Source: Candidatus Peregrinibacteria bacterium GW2011_GWF2_38_29 (GTDB lineage: Bacteria > Patescibacteriota > Gracilibacteria > UBA1369 > UBA12463). Taken from it: a DNA stretch of 64,000 nt. The position numbers and the translations under genes are program-made. The stretch is from assembly GCA_000992695.1 (NCBI GenBank), contig LBUS01000006.1:21489-85488 (forward strand). The letters are read 5' to 3'. This document shows, in pieces, positions 11,178 to 20,855 of this stretch. How positions within the stretch are numbered: the stretch's first letter is position 1; each line of letters begins with the position of its first letter. The notes under the pieces were generated by a model. It searched no databases. It saw only the letters and a program-made list of their open reading frames with translations, and was not told the DNA's origin.

Positions 11178-12326
11178 ATGTTAGACGAAAGTTTTTCAAC
11201 TCATGACCAACTTGTAGCAGAAGTTAACGCAAGCATGATAGAGCTTAGAATAAACGCAGAAACAAATACAAGCGTTGCAAGCGTGGCCAGGGATTTGCTA
11301 AGTTCAGGCCGTGAAAGCCTTATTCTTTTTGGCGATGAAACAACAGAAGCATTAAGAGAAGGAATCAATCTTACTTCGGACAGCCCAAAAGCTATTGGAA
11401 TGTCCCTTAGATACAACGACTCATTAACCGACGATGATGGAAAGCCTGGCCAAATTTCAATACTAAAAACCGTGTTAAAAATTTCCGAAAAAACACGCAC
11501 AAGAATTGCCAAGTCTCAACCAAGTGTTGCGCAAAATTTATTAAACACAGAGCGTGATATTTCAGCGGCAATAGATCGCATGGAGGCATTTAACGCAACG
11601 GGAGAAAAGGTAAAAGAACAAAAACCTCAAGAACAATTGATTTTCCTCGCAAGAAGACTGCTTCATCAAATTGCAGACAAACGCACACAAGGAAAGGTTT
11701 GCACGGGCTTTACAACCGATCCAACGTATGAAGAAAAAGATGCCGAAACAAGTAGATTAAGATATAGACAAGGAGATAAATTCATTAAAGAAAAACAACA
11801 AGAGCGCACAGAATTAGAAATAAAATATAGCGTTGATCAAACGCACCCTGATTTCCCAGACCTAAGAAAGCTTTATTATGCAGGTCAATTTGAAGATCAC
11901 GAACAGATCTATTTATTCTCGGCACCAACCGAAGGAGATATGCCCGCTTACGAATTTCGCATACGTAAAATAACACATGAAAATGACAGAGAATCGTTTT
12001 ACGGCACAATAAAATCCGGGACAGAACAAGCAAGGCAAGAGATTGAATTTGAAATAACTAAAGACCTTTATTATGCGTTTAATGAGATTCGTCCAAAAGA
12101 ATATAAAAAACTACACAAACGCAGATATTTTATAGAAAAAAATGGCGATACTGTCACGACAATTGATAGATTAGAACTTGACGGCAAGGAAGATTTTTCA
12201 GCAGAAGTTGAATTCACAAATGGCGAAATTCCGGCAAACTATCAAGCCCCATCATGGACGACCGAAGAAAGAAAAGAGAGAAAATACGCCATGGTTTTAG
12301 TCGCAAAAGACGGAATAACCTGGTAG
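11178..12326 (+). CDS. CYTH (triphosphate tunnel metalloenzyme) domain protein with ~200-aa unknown N-terminal region
   Basis: ELEIKY, EQIYL, RIRK, TIKSG, RQEIEFEI, KRRY, TID, AEVEF motifs in CYTH order. Confidence 0.8.
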   Translation: MLDESFSTHDQLVAEVNASMIELRINAETNTSVASVARDLLSSGRESLILFGDETTEALREGINLTSDSPKAIGMSLRYNDSLTDDDGKPGQISILKTVLKISEKTRTRIAKSQPSVAQNLLNTERDISAAIDRMEAFNATGEKVKEQKPQEQLIFLARRLLHQIADKRTQGKVCTGFTTDPTYEEKDAETSRLRYRQGDKFIKEKQQERTELEIKYSVDQTHPDFPDLRKLYYAGQFEDHEQIYLFSAPTEGDMPAYEFRIRKITHENDRESFYGTIKSGTEQARQEIEFEITKDLYYAFNEIRPKEYKKLHKRRYFIEKNGDTVTTIDRLELDGKEDFSAEVEFTNGEIPANYQAPSWTTEERKERKYAMVLVAKDGITW

Positions 12327-12354
12327 AACATCTCTAAAGGTTACAAAATTTCGA

Positions 12355-12393
12355 TTGATTTTAAATTATTTTTGTAATACAATTGTAATACAA
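12355..12393 (+). promoter_or_regulatory. Promoter and operator of type II TA locus
   Basis: TTGATT-N17-TACAAT overlapped by tandem near-palindromic TTGTAATACAA x2 (12372-12382, 12383-12393). Confidence 0.7.
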
Positions 12394-12410
12394 AATTTAA
12401 ACAATCCAAT

Positions 12411-12638
12411 ATGCGTTCAATCTTAAGTATTTCCCTGCCTGCGTCGATAAAAAAAGAAATTGAAAAAAGAGCAAAAAAAGCCAACCAAACCACAAGTTCT
12501 TATATTATTCGCGTTATGAATCTTGAAAAAAGCCTTATTTCCGAGGAAGAATTAGTAAAAATGGCAACCCAAGCGGAAAAAGACTACGAGCTTGGAAAAA
12601 CAAAAAAATTAGCTAGTTTAAAAGATTTAATAAGCTAA
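12411..12638 (+). CDS. Ribbon-helix-helix (CopG-like) antitoxin
   Basis: N-terminal SILSISLP beta-strand plus two helices; C-terminal AEKDYELGKTKKL..LKDL typical of RelB-like antitoxins; directly upstream of toxin. Confidence 0.75.
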   Translation: MRSILSISLPASIKKEIEKRAKKANQTTSSYIIRVMNLEKSLISEEELVKMATQAEKDYELGKTKKLASLKDLIS

Positions 12639-12639
12639 T

Positions 12640-12906
12640 ATGCAAATCAAAGAAATTCACTATAACAGTGAATTCGTCAAACAATTCTCGAGTCTTCCAA
12701 AAAATATTCAAAAAAAAGCCTACGAAAAAGAAGCTCTTTTCAGAAAAAATCTATTTCACCCATCGCTAAGGCTTCACAAATTAAAAGGCAAACTCCAAGG
12801 GCTGTGGAGCATTTCAATAGACATGAAATACCGAATAATCTTCAAGCCCCTGGAAAACGGCGTAATTTTATTTATCAGCGTTGGAGTGCATGCAATTTAC
12901 GAATAA
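12640..12906 (+). CDS. RelE/ParE-superfamily (YafQ/HigB-like) mRNA interferase toxin
   Basis: F.KQF..LP....KK, HPSLRLHKLKGKL.GLWSISI...YRIIF, VGVH..Y. Confidence 0.85.
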   Translation: MQIKEIHYNSEFVKQFSSLPKNIQKKAYEKEALFRKNLFHPSLRLHKLKGKLQGLWSISIDMKYRIIFKPLENGVILFISVGVHAIYE

Positions 12907-13094
12907 TATAAAAAATCAATATAATGAAAATCGCGTCAAAAGCTCTAAAAAAAGCTATAAAGGCTCATCTTCAAAGTCGTTAGACAAAGGGATCTTCTAT
13001 AAAACTGATAAAAATTGTTTCGGAATTAATTTTCCGATTGGAATAGACGCAAAAAAGCTAATTTCAAAACTAAAAAACCAATAAAAAATATCGT

Positions 13095-13475
13095 CTATAC
13101 TAGCCTAATGCATCCCGCAATAGCACCTCTAACTTTTCTACCTCTAGAAAATAATTCGTCGCAAGCGCTTGCATAATCCACAGGCGTGAATTGCGAATCG
13201 GGTTGCACTGTTACCTCTCTACCATTGTGAACAAATTTAACAACTTTCCCTTGCTCGCGAGCAAGCTTCAAAGCAAACTCTGAAACTTCGCGCAAAGTAC
13301 AAGCCGAAGGCAGCCTATCTCCAGTGACCAACTCCCCACCTTCTTCGCGAAAAGCTATTCTGATCATAAATTCTTGAGCAAAACCACCACCGCTAGTACA
13401 AGCTGCCTGCAATAAATCATTGTCAATCCACGAAGGAATTTGGACATCGCCATAATGAGATAAATCTATAGACAT
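13095..13475 (-). CDS. Hypothetical protein (orphan; start likely ATG 13475, MSIDLS...)
   Basis: ORF track 13095-13532; the first 19 codons lie in AT-rich leader-like sequence. Confidence 0.55.
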   Translation of the reverse strand: MSIDLSHYGDVQIPSWIDNDLLQAACTSGGGFAQEFMIRIAFREEGGELVTGDRLPSACTLREVSEFALKLAREQGKVVKFVHNGREVTVQPDSQFTPVDYASACDELFSRGRKVRGAIAGCIRLV

Positions 13476-13664
13476 AAAATTTTTATTAATAAATAAGAAG
13501 ATATAATAAGCCCTAATGATTCTATAATGCAAGACATTTGACTATAAAAGCATAAGTTGAAGAACTTAAACAAAGCACAAAAACGTTTTTCAAAACAACC
13601 ATTAAATTTGACGTATTCTTAAAAATACGGTATACTATAAAAGTAATAATAAACTAACAAAATC

Positions 13665-13886
13665 ATGGCCTCAATAACACTAAACGTAAAGACGAAAACC
13701 GACTACCCGGACATAGATACAATAGATGCGACAGAAACAGCTATTATAAGAATACAAGATCTAACAAGAAATCCATTAGCTGTACACACAGGGCCTGAGG
13801 GTTGGACAATCGAAACTCCTGAAGAACTAGCCCCAAAAATAAGAAGCATTCTTGAAAGAACAAATCTAAGAATAATTGAAAATTAA
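13665..13886 (+). CDS. Small hypothetical protein (73 aa)
   Basis: ORF preceded by TTGACG(13608)-N17-TATACT(13631). Confidence 0.55.
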   Translation: MASITLNVKTKTDYPDIDTIDATETAIIRIQDLTRNPLAVHTGPEGWTIETPEELAPKIRSILERTNLRIIEN

Positions 13887-13891
13887 TTTTT

Positions 13892-14299
13892 TGGTGGAGA
13901 TGCCGGGAGTCGAACCCGGGTCCAAAAAGCCACATCTCAAGCGCCTACAATCTTAGTTCGTTTGTTTTGCGCTAAATTGGATTAAAAGCGAACAAAAACC
14001 CAAAATAGCGGACTGATATTTTTTCGACGTGCAGTATTCAGTTCTAAATTCGCACGCTTATCCTAAAAATTGTCGCCTTATCGCATCTATTAGGCATCAA
14101 CGCGTAAGACGTTACCCGAAAAATTCAGGCAATTAGGCAAGGGCCAAAGCTGGTGCAAAAGCACGAGCAGCTCTAACGAATGCCATTTCATTTGCATTTT
14201 CTGCATTTGTTTTGCGCCAGACGGATATACGGGCGGACTAGCGCGACGCCCGGATTGCAACTTGAAAAGTAAAGCTTCCTGTCGAATCCTGTCATCCCC
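13892..14299 (-). ncRNA. ssrA: tmRNA
   Basis: 5' GGGGATGACAGGATTCGAC and 3' GGACCCGGGTTCGACTCCCGGCATCTCCACCA (T-arm, acceptor stem, CCA); internal tag ORF 14204-14133 AENANEMAFVRAARAFAPALALA*. Confidence 0.95.
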
Positions 14300-14374
14300 A
14301 TTTGTCAAAAAACTATCTAAAAATCTTTACAGCAAATAAAATGTTATAACAAAAATTACTTTACGTCAAGGCTA

Positions 14375-14935
14375 CTAAAATCTATCAAAATCATCACGAT
14401 CTTCAAGATCATCCAAATCATCAAACGAGCCATTGTCCACGCCACCATTAATAACCGGCAAACTTCCCAAGCATTTCAAAAGATCGCCCCTAACACCAGA
14501 AACATCTCCTTTAAGAACTAAAAAAGCTTTAAGCTTATTATACAAATCAACACATTGGCGCTCCAAAGGCGTCATGCTGTCCCCCTTAGCAAGAATCGGA
14601 GCCATATATTGATCAAGCGCAGACGTATCAACAGGCTGACCGCCATTGCCTTCTATGCCGGGAATACGTACGGTTCTTTGATTTAAAGTAGCATTCAAAT
14701 CTCCCATCGCACCAGCAAGATCTTCCGGACTTTTCATCTCACCCTTTTTATACTTATTCCATAAAACAGACCCGGGTACAATAATCCCCGATAAAGCCAA
14801 AAGACCTATTATGGCTACTCCCGCTATAACAACACCGCGAAATACCTTAAAACCAGTAGGAAGCTCATCCCTTCGATCAAGCCCGGAAAAATGTTCGCCA
14901 CATCCCCTATTGCGCCAACGTTGAATAAGTCCCAT
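14375..14935 (-). CDS. Hypothetical single-pass membrane protein with acidic tail
   Basis: One TM (GVVIAGVAIIGLLALSGIIV), two Cys, C-terminal DDLDDLEDRDDFDRF. Confidence 0.6.
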   Translation of the reverse strand: MGLIQRWRNRGCGEHFSGLDRRDELPTGFKVFRGVVIAGVAIIGLLALSGIIVPGSVLWNKYKKGEMKSPEDLAGAMGDLNATLNQRTVRIPGIEGNGGQPVDTSALDQYMAPILAKGDSMTPLERQCVDLYNKLKAFLVLKGDVSGVRGDLLKCLGSLPVINGGVDNGSFDDLDDLEDRDDFDRF

Positions 14936-14999
14936 ATGGTAATTGTTAATATTTAAGATTTAATATTAACGCCTATATTTAGAATAAAACAAGGGCAAA

Positions 15000-17900
15000 T
15001 CAAACCCCGTCGTTCGAATTTGGAATTTGTTTTGGATTTTGAATTTCGGGTTTCGGATTTGGCGCAGGGTTCGCAACATCCGCTCCCGTAGCCGCACTCA
15101 ACAAAACCTTACCCAATTTTATCAAACATTCTTTTAATTCTTCGGGCCAATCCATACCCAAATCTTTAATCAAAACGCGCAATTTACTTCCGGAAATTTG
15201 CCATTTTGGATTGTAATTCAACAAGCTCGCAATGTTCCCAGCCTTCACTTTATCCGACATATAAAGCACAATTTCCTGCTTCCCGCCGTGCATATTTTCA
15301 GTTTTCAAATTCACAATTCCCGCCTGTTTTGCATATAATTTCAACTCTATAATTTTAAATAAATTCAAAACTTCACGCGGCATTTGCCCATATTCTTCAA
15401 CAACATCGTCTTTGATTTCACCGACGTACTGCAACGTATCCGCCGCAGACATTCTCTGATAAATATTAATTTTATCCTTTGAACTAACGATATAATTATC
15501 AGGTATGAAAGCTGTTAATGGCAATTCAACAGACACTTCCGGAATCTCATCTTTATTATCAGTTGTGCGACCCGCTTTCAAATCTTCAACCGCCTTATTC
15601 AGCATACGAATAAACAAACTCACGCCAACAACGTTCACAACTCCATGCTGATTAACGCCCAAAATATCACCGGCACCGCGAATCTCCAAATCCTTCATCG
15701 CAATCTGAAAACCGCTGCCCAAATCAGAAGCCTCGACAATCGCTTTTAACCTTCTTTTTGCGTCGAGTGGCAATCTCTGCCCATGATACATAAAGTAAGC
15801 GTAAGCTTGTGTCCTGCTACGTCCCACACGCCCTCGCAATTGATACAACTGTGACAACCCAAACTTCTCCGCATGATTCACAATCAAAGTATTCGCGCTC
15901 GCCAAATCAATTCCATTTTCGATAATCGTAGAAGTAACAAGAACGTCATATTTATGATCTTTAAAATCAATAATTCTCTCCTCCAATTCGTCACTATTTA
16001 ATTTTCCATGTGAAACAATAAATCTCGCTTCCGGAACAAGCGATCGTAATTTATCCGCCATTCCATCAATTGTCTGAACTCTATTATGCAAAAAATACAT
16101 CTGCCCTCCGCGCTTAACTTCCGCCAAAATTGCCTCGCGAATTAATGTCATAGAAAACTGTCTAACCTCTGTAATAACAGGCAAACGTCCAGGCGGTGGA
16201 GTTGTAATTGTCACAATATCGCGCAGTTTATTCAAAGCAATGTTCAAAGTTCTTGGAATTGGCGTCGCAGTCAAAACAAGAATATCCATTTCCGTGCGCA
16301 ATTTTTTCAAAGCCTCTTTTTGTTTAACCCCAAACCTCTGCTCTTCATCAACAACAAGCAAGCCAAGGTTTTTAAATTTAATATCCGGCTGAAGAAGCCT
16401 ATGTGTTCCAATGACGATATCCAACTCCCCTTTCTCAAGTTTTTTAACAATCACGTCCTGCTCTTTCTTAGTCTTAAATCTGCTCAACATATCAATCCTC
16501 ACTCCAAATTCATCCATGCGTTTTGTAAAAGACCTATAGTGCTGATCTGCCAAAATCGTAATCGGAGAAATAAGCGCAACCTGTTTTCCGCTTCTAACAG
16601 CCTTAAACGCCGCACGCATCGCAACCTCGGTTTTTCCAAATCCAACATCTCCACAAACAAGCAAATCCATTGGCTCCGGAGATTCCATTTTTTTCTTAAC
16701 TTCTTCAAAAGCCTTAATTTGTCCAGGCGTTGCTTCATATGGAAATTTTTCTTCAAACCGTGCTTGGGCCTCATCATCAATTTTAAATTTGATTCCATGC
16801 GCGACTCTTCTGGACGCATAAAGTTGCAATAATTCTTTCGCAATCGATTCGGTTTCTTTCTTAACTTTATTCGTTATATTCGTCCACTCAACAGACCCAA
16901 GACGCGTCAATTTCGGCATCAAATCGCTCGATCCAATATATTTACTAACCTTGTCCGACTGATCAATTGGGACAAAAAGCTTATCGTTTTCCGCATATCC
17001 AAGAACTAAATATTCACGCGTGATTCCTTCAATTGTTTTTTGATCAAGCCCCAAGAATTTCGCAATACCGTGATCCGCATGCACAACAAAGTCCCCGGGT
17101 TTAAGCCCGGTTAAAAAGTCCAAAATAACTTTCTGAGAAATGGCTTTTTTCTTCGCATCCCTAATAATCGAAATTTCTTTATCCGTAATAAGAGCCAACT
17201 TTAAAGTGGGATTTTGGAACGCATAAGGAAAATTATCCTCTCTGGCAACATCAACAAAGGTAATTCTGCCTGAATCTTTATCAAAAGAGTCAACCTTATC
17301 CGAAAAATCCAATTTATACTCGTTAAATATATTTCGAAGCTCGTCTTTATTTTTCGTAAAAATCAAAATCTGCCAACCGCTCTCCCTTTTATCACGCAAA
17401 TCTGTCGTAAACTCAAAGGTATCACGATATTTTGTAATACTTAAATAATGCAAACGCGAATGATTGGCTGTATCTTCATGAAAAGGCGTAAATTTCAAAT
17501 ATTGATTATCTCCAAAAAGACTATTGGACATTTCATTATATTCATCAAAAAAATCGTCCGGGATATCAAGCTCATCCTCAATAACAAAAGTATTTTTATC
17601 GATATAATCGGTTATAGAAACCGTATAGCCACTCGAAATAATCGGATAAATTTCAACCGAATTTACATTTTTTTCGTTCTCGCAAGAAATAGGTTTTAAT
17701 AAATTTATTTTTCCAATTTTATCAAAATCAATTTCAATATTAACAAGGCTCTCGCTATTAATAGGCCAAACCGTCATATTGCCGCCGCTCTTAAAATACT
17801 GCCCTTGTTTTAAAGTTTGCATATCGTCACCAACCTCATAGCCAATATCAATCAACCTCTCAAAGGTTTTAACCATATCGACCTCCTCTCTGGAAGTAAT

Positions 17901-18353
17901 TTTAAAAACACCACCCCTAATAACCCCGGGTGCAGGAAAACTTTTCATCAAAAAATAATAAGGAACAATTATAAAATTATTAACCTTGGAAACTATTTTT
18001 GATAAAAATCTAGAAATATTAATAGCATCACTACGCTGTCCATTAAAAACACCGTCCTTCTGGGCAAAAGAATCAGAACTGTACATCGGGGCATCAACAG
18101 AAACAGCATTAACCCCACCGAGCCTCTCAAGCTCTTTGTGGACAATATCCCTTTCAATACAATTATCAGTAATCCATAAAAAGGTTTTCGGCAAACCGTC
18201 AGTGTTCTCGATAAAATCAAGAGCAACAAGCGCTTTTGAAGTATGTCCATTCGCTCCGGAAACAATCAAATTGCCGTTTTTTTTGAACGACTCAATAACG
18301 CCATTATGTAATGGATACGTAAAATGCGTAACGAAAGAGTTTTGCTTAATCAC
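15000..18353 (-). CDS. mfd: Transcription-repair coupling factor
   Basis: CarD/RID GDFVVHADHGIAKF, CGDVGFGKTEVAMRAAF, DEEQRFGV, TATPIPRTL, QLYQLRGRVGRS, DLEIRGAG, TRCF C-terminal domain. Confidence 0.97.
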   Translation of the reverse strand: MIKQNSFVTHFTYPLHNGVIESFKKNGNLIVSGANGHTSKALVALDFIENTDGLPKTFLWITDNCIERDIVHKELERLGGVNAVSVDAPMYSSDSFAQKDGVFNGQRSDAINISRFLSKIVSKVNNFIIVPYYFLMKSFPAPGVIRGGVFKITSREEVDMVKTFERLIDIGYEVGDDMQTLKQGQYFKSGGNMTVWPINSESLVNIEIDFDKIGKINLLKPISCENEKNVNSVEIYPIISSGYTVSITDYIDKNTFVIEDELDIPDDFFDEYNEMSNSLFGDNQYLKFTPFHEDTANHSRLHYLSITKYRDTFEFTTDLRDKRESGWQILIFTKNKDELRNIFNEYKLDFSDKVDSFDKDSGRITFVDVAREDNFPYAFQNPTLKLALITDKEISIIRDAKKKAISQKVILDFLTGLKPGDFVVHADHGIAKFLGLDQKTIEGITREYLVLGYAENDKLFVPIDQSDKVSKYIGSSDLMPKLTRLGSVEWTNITNKVKKETESIAKELLQLYASRRVAHGIKFKIDDEAQARFEEKFPYEATPGQIKAFEEVKKKMESPEPMDLLVCGDVGFGKTEVAMRAAFKAVRSGKQVALISPITILADQHYRSFTKRMDEFGVRIDMLSRFKTKKEQDVIVKKLEKGELDIVIGTHRLLQPDIKFKNLGLLVVDEEQRFGVKQKEALKKLRTEMDILVLTATPIPRTLNIALNKLRDIVTITTPPPGRLPVITEVRQFSMTLIREAILAEVKRGGQMYFLHNRVQTIDGMADKLRSLVPEARFIVSHGKLNSDELEERIIDFKDHKYDVLVTSTIIENGIDLASANTLIVNHAEKFGLSQLYQLRGRVGRSRTQAYAYFMYHGQRLPLDAKRRLKAIVEASDLGSGFQIAMKDLEIRGAGDILGVNQHGVVNVVGVSLFIRMLNKAVEDLKAGRTTDNKDEIPEVSVELPLTAFIPDNYIVSSKDKINIYQRMSAADTLQYVGEIKDDVVEEYGQMPREVLNLFKIIELKLYAKQAGIVNLKTENMHGGKQEIVLYMSDKVKAGNIASLLNYNPKWQISGSKLRVLIKDLGMDWPEELKECLIKLGKVLLSAATGADVANPAPNPKPEIQNPKQIPNSNDGV
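15009..15060 (-). repeat. Heptamer-periodic element in mfd C-terminal tail
   Basis: AAATCCG AAACCCG AAATTCA AAATCCA AAAC AAATTCC AAATTCG; encodes NPKPEIQNPKQIPNSN. Confidence 0.65.
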
Positions 18354-18363
18354 TTACTAAATA

Positions 18364-18402
18364 ACTTTAAATTTTAACTTGTGGATTTGAGTTTTGCCTT
18401 TT
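18364..18402 (-). repeat. Degenerate heptamer-periodic element between dnaN and mfd
   Basis: AAAAGGC AAAACTC AAATCC ACAAGTT AAAATTT AAAGTT, same register as the pdxT and carB copies. Confidence 0.5.
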
Positions 18403-19507
18403 AAATTTTGAGCGGCATGATGATGTATGTATAATCCGCATTCTTTTGTGGCCTAACAACAACAGGAGAAAGTTTATCATTTATCTCCAAGCACACCTTA
18501 TCTTCACCTAAAACAGGCAAAACGTCAAGTAGATACTGTGCGTTAAAGGCGATTTTGTTATTTTCACCCTCAATTGTGACTGAAATTTCAGCCTTTTCTT
18601 CACCAACCTTAGTTTCTTCCGTGGAAATCATCATCTTCCCATCGTTTGTAACGGAAATCTTAACACTATTACTATCTTCTTTTGCGAACAAGCTAACTCT
18701 CTTCATAGCCAATTCAAGGTCCGCCGTAGATGTTAAAATTTTAGTTTTACTTGTTTTTGGAATAATCCTTTCGTAATCAGGGAATTTACCCTCAATAAGC
18801 CTCGAAGTAAGCTCAATTGCGCCTATGGCAAATAAAATTTGGTTCTTACTAATCGTAATATCAACATCGCCCGCTGCTTTAGAAAGAAGTTTGCTTAATT
18901 CAAAAGCCGTTCTGGCAGGGACAATACACTCAACCCTAGCGGCGTCTTTATCTTTTTTTGTAGAAATTTTTCTCTCGGAAAGCCTATAGCTATCAGTTGC
19001 AACAAGTTTTAAAGCGTCTTTATCAAATAAAAAATACACACCAGATAAAACCGGCCTTGATGTGTTAAGTGAAGCCGAAAAAACAACTTGATTTAAGGCT
19101 TTTTCGAGCTCTTTCGCTGGTATAGATAATGTGTGATCTTTTTCAGTTTTCGGGATAAGTGGAAATTCGTCTGAATGAATGCCTTTAATCTTTGTTTGTG
19201 AACTTGAAGATTTAATCGCAAGAGTTAGATTGTCGAGAACGCTTAATTCAACTTTCTCGTCTGGTAATAAAGATATGTAATTTGTAAAAAGTTTAGCCGG
19301 AACAGTCATAGAGCCTTCATTTCTAACGTCTGTTTGAAGGTGATATTTAATTGCAATTTCAAGATTTGTAGCTGCAAAAAACATCTCCTTACCTTCTGTT
19401 TTTATCAATATATTGTTTAAAACAGGCAAAACAACGTTCTGGCTTACAGCCTTACTAACAATATTAAGGGCATTTAAAAGCTCCTTCTGGTTACAAAAGA
19501 CCTTCAT
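18401..19507 (-). CDS. dnaN: DNA polymerase III beta clamp
   Basis: LPVLNNILI, ATNLEI, SRPVLSGV, VATDSYRL, SRLIEGKFPDYERIIP, FNAQYLLD, IIMPL. Confidence 0.97.
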   Translation of the reverse strand: MKVFCNQKELLNALNIVSKAVSQNVVLPVLNNILIKTEGKEMFFAATNLEIAIKYHLQTDVRNEGSMTVPAKLFTNYISLLPDEKVELSVLDNLTLAIKSSSSQTKIKGIHSDEFPLIPKTEKDHTLSIPAKELEKALNQVVFSASLNTSRPVLSGVYFLFDKDALKLVATDSYRLSERKISTKKDKDAARVECIVPARTAFELSKLLSKAAGDVDITISKNQILFAIGAIELTSRLIEGKFPDYERIIPKTSKTKILTSTADLELAMKRVSLFAKEDSNSVKISVTNDGKMMISTEETKVGEEKAEISVTIEGENNKIAFNAQYLLDVLPVLGEDKVCLEINDKLSPVVVRPQKNADYTYIIMPLKI

Positions 19508-19746
19508 AATTATAAGTGGTTATTTCTTTAAATTAAATTATACAGATTAACCCATATTAAACAATATAAAGTTAATTAATTAAATTATTATTAATAAAGG
19601 GTAAAAAGTTATAAACAAACTTTAAACAATAAATCTAATTAAAAGACCCTAAAAACAAAAGAAGACAATATGATTAATTTTTTTATTCAACAGTAAAAGT
19701 GTAAAATATGGTAAAACTTGTTTATAAATATTTTTTAAAACGTCAT

Positions 19747-20118
19747 ATGAGAAAACTTTTGAACATATCACTACTGACTTTTGCACTTTTTCTTCAGGGG
19801 TGTGTAGTGAGCAATCCTGTGTATGATAATTTTGCGAAATGTGTGACAAGTAAAAATACAAAAATATACGGGACTTACTGGTGTCACAACTGTACAAAGC
19901 AAAAAAAACTATTCGCAGAAGCTTTTCAATATATAGATTATATCGAGTGTGATCCGGGGGGTGAAAGAGCGCAACCGGAAGTTTGTCTTAAAAAAGGGAT
20001 TCAAGCTTATCCGACGTGGGAGTTTTCAGATGGGAGTAGGGTTGAAGGGGTAATGCCGCTCGAAAAAATAGCGGAAAAAACAAATTGCAAGCTTGAAGAT
20101 GAGGGTGTGGTAAAATAA
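19747..20118 (+). CDS. Thioredoxin-fold lipoprotein (similar to the VKOR-associated Trx domain)
   Basis: Lipobox LQGC from ATG 19747; YGTYWCHNC, YIECDP, IQAYPTW. Confidence 0.8.
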   Translation: MRKLLNISLLTFALFLQGCVVSNPVYDNFAKCVTSKNTKIYGTYWCHNCTKQKKLFAEAFQYIDYIECDPGGERAQPEVCLKKGIQAYPTWEFSDGSRVEGVMPLEKIAEKTNCKLEDEGVVK

Positions 20119-20127
20119 TAAATAAAA

Positions 20128-20817
20128 ATGGAAGAGGTAAAATTTTTAACAGTACTTATAACAGCATTAATTGATTCAATCAACCCATGTGCAATTGGGG
20201 TGCTTGTGATACTTGCAACCGCAATACTTTCTTTATATGAGAATAAAAGAAAATTAATTGCGATTGGGTTTGTTTACATTGGAGCGGTTTACGTGTCTTA
20301 TTTGCTCGCAGGACTCGGGCTTGTTTATTTCTTATATAAGATAAAAATATCGAACTTTATAGGCATTGCAGTGGCGGTCGTGGTTATTATTTTAGGGTTG
20401 ATCGAGATGAAGGATTATTTTTGGTACGGGAAAGGTTTTTCGTTGAAAATTTCGGAATCGAAAATGCAAAAAATTAAAAAATACACAGAGAATATAACGG
20501 TTGTGGGCGCGATCATTCTCGGGTTTTTTGTTTCAGCGGTGGAGTTGCCTTGCACGGGCGGACCGTATCTTGCAATAACAACGATTTTATCGAAGAACTT
20601 CAACCCAACAGCATTTTATTACCTGCTTTTTTACAACTTTATTTTTGTATTACCTTTAATAGTTATAATTCTCGCGGTTTATATTGGAGTTTCTGCGGCG
20701 CAAGTGGCTAACTGGAAAAATAAAAATAAAGCCGTGATGAGGCTCGTGACTGGTGTCGTTATGGTTGCGCTTGGTGTAGCGCTGTTCTTGAATGCGATAG
20801 GTTACATTTACCTTTAA
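20128..20817 (+). CDS. CcdA/DsbD-like transmembrane disulfide-exchange protein
   Basis: 6 TM helices with DSINPC and ELPCTGGPY cysteine pair; co-transcribed with the thioredoxin. Confidence 0.8.
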   Translation: MEEVKFLTVLITALIDSINPCAIGVLVILATAILSLYENKRKLIAIGFVYIGAVYVSYLLAGLGLVYFLYKIKISNFIGIAVAVVVIILGLIEMKDYFWYGKGFSLKISESKMQKIKKYTENITVVGAIILGFFVSAVELPCTGGPYLAITTILSKNFNPTAFYYLLFYNFIFVLPLIVIILAVYIGVSAAQVANWKNKNKAVMRLVTGVVMVALGVALFLNAIGYIYL

Positions 20818-20855
20818 AGTCTGATATAATAAATATCCGAACGTAAATATACAAT

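Noticed and set aside
11178-13886. Genomic island integrated at ssrA
   Set aside because: No integrase and no duplicated tmRNA 3' end found by eye; only suggestive gene content
13892-13925. tRNA-like T-arm and CCA end
   Set aside because: This is the 3' end of tmRNA, not a separate tRNA; no anticodon arm
13744-14308. ORFs 13744-13935 and 14090-14308 on the minus strand
   Set aside because: They overlap the tmRNA and are shadows of the RNA gene
14945-14970. AT-rich palindrome GTTAATATT...AATATTAAC
   Set aside because: Could be a weak terminator or operator but is low-complexity with no assignable regulator
18380-18388. TGTGGATTT as a DnaA box
   Set aside because: Two mismatches, isolated, and part of the heptamer-periodic element
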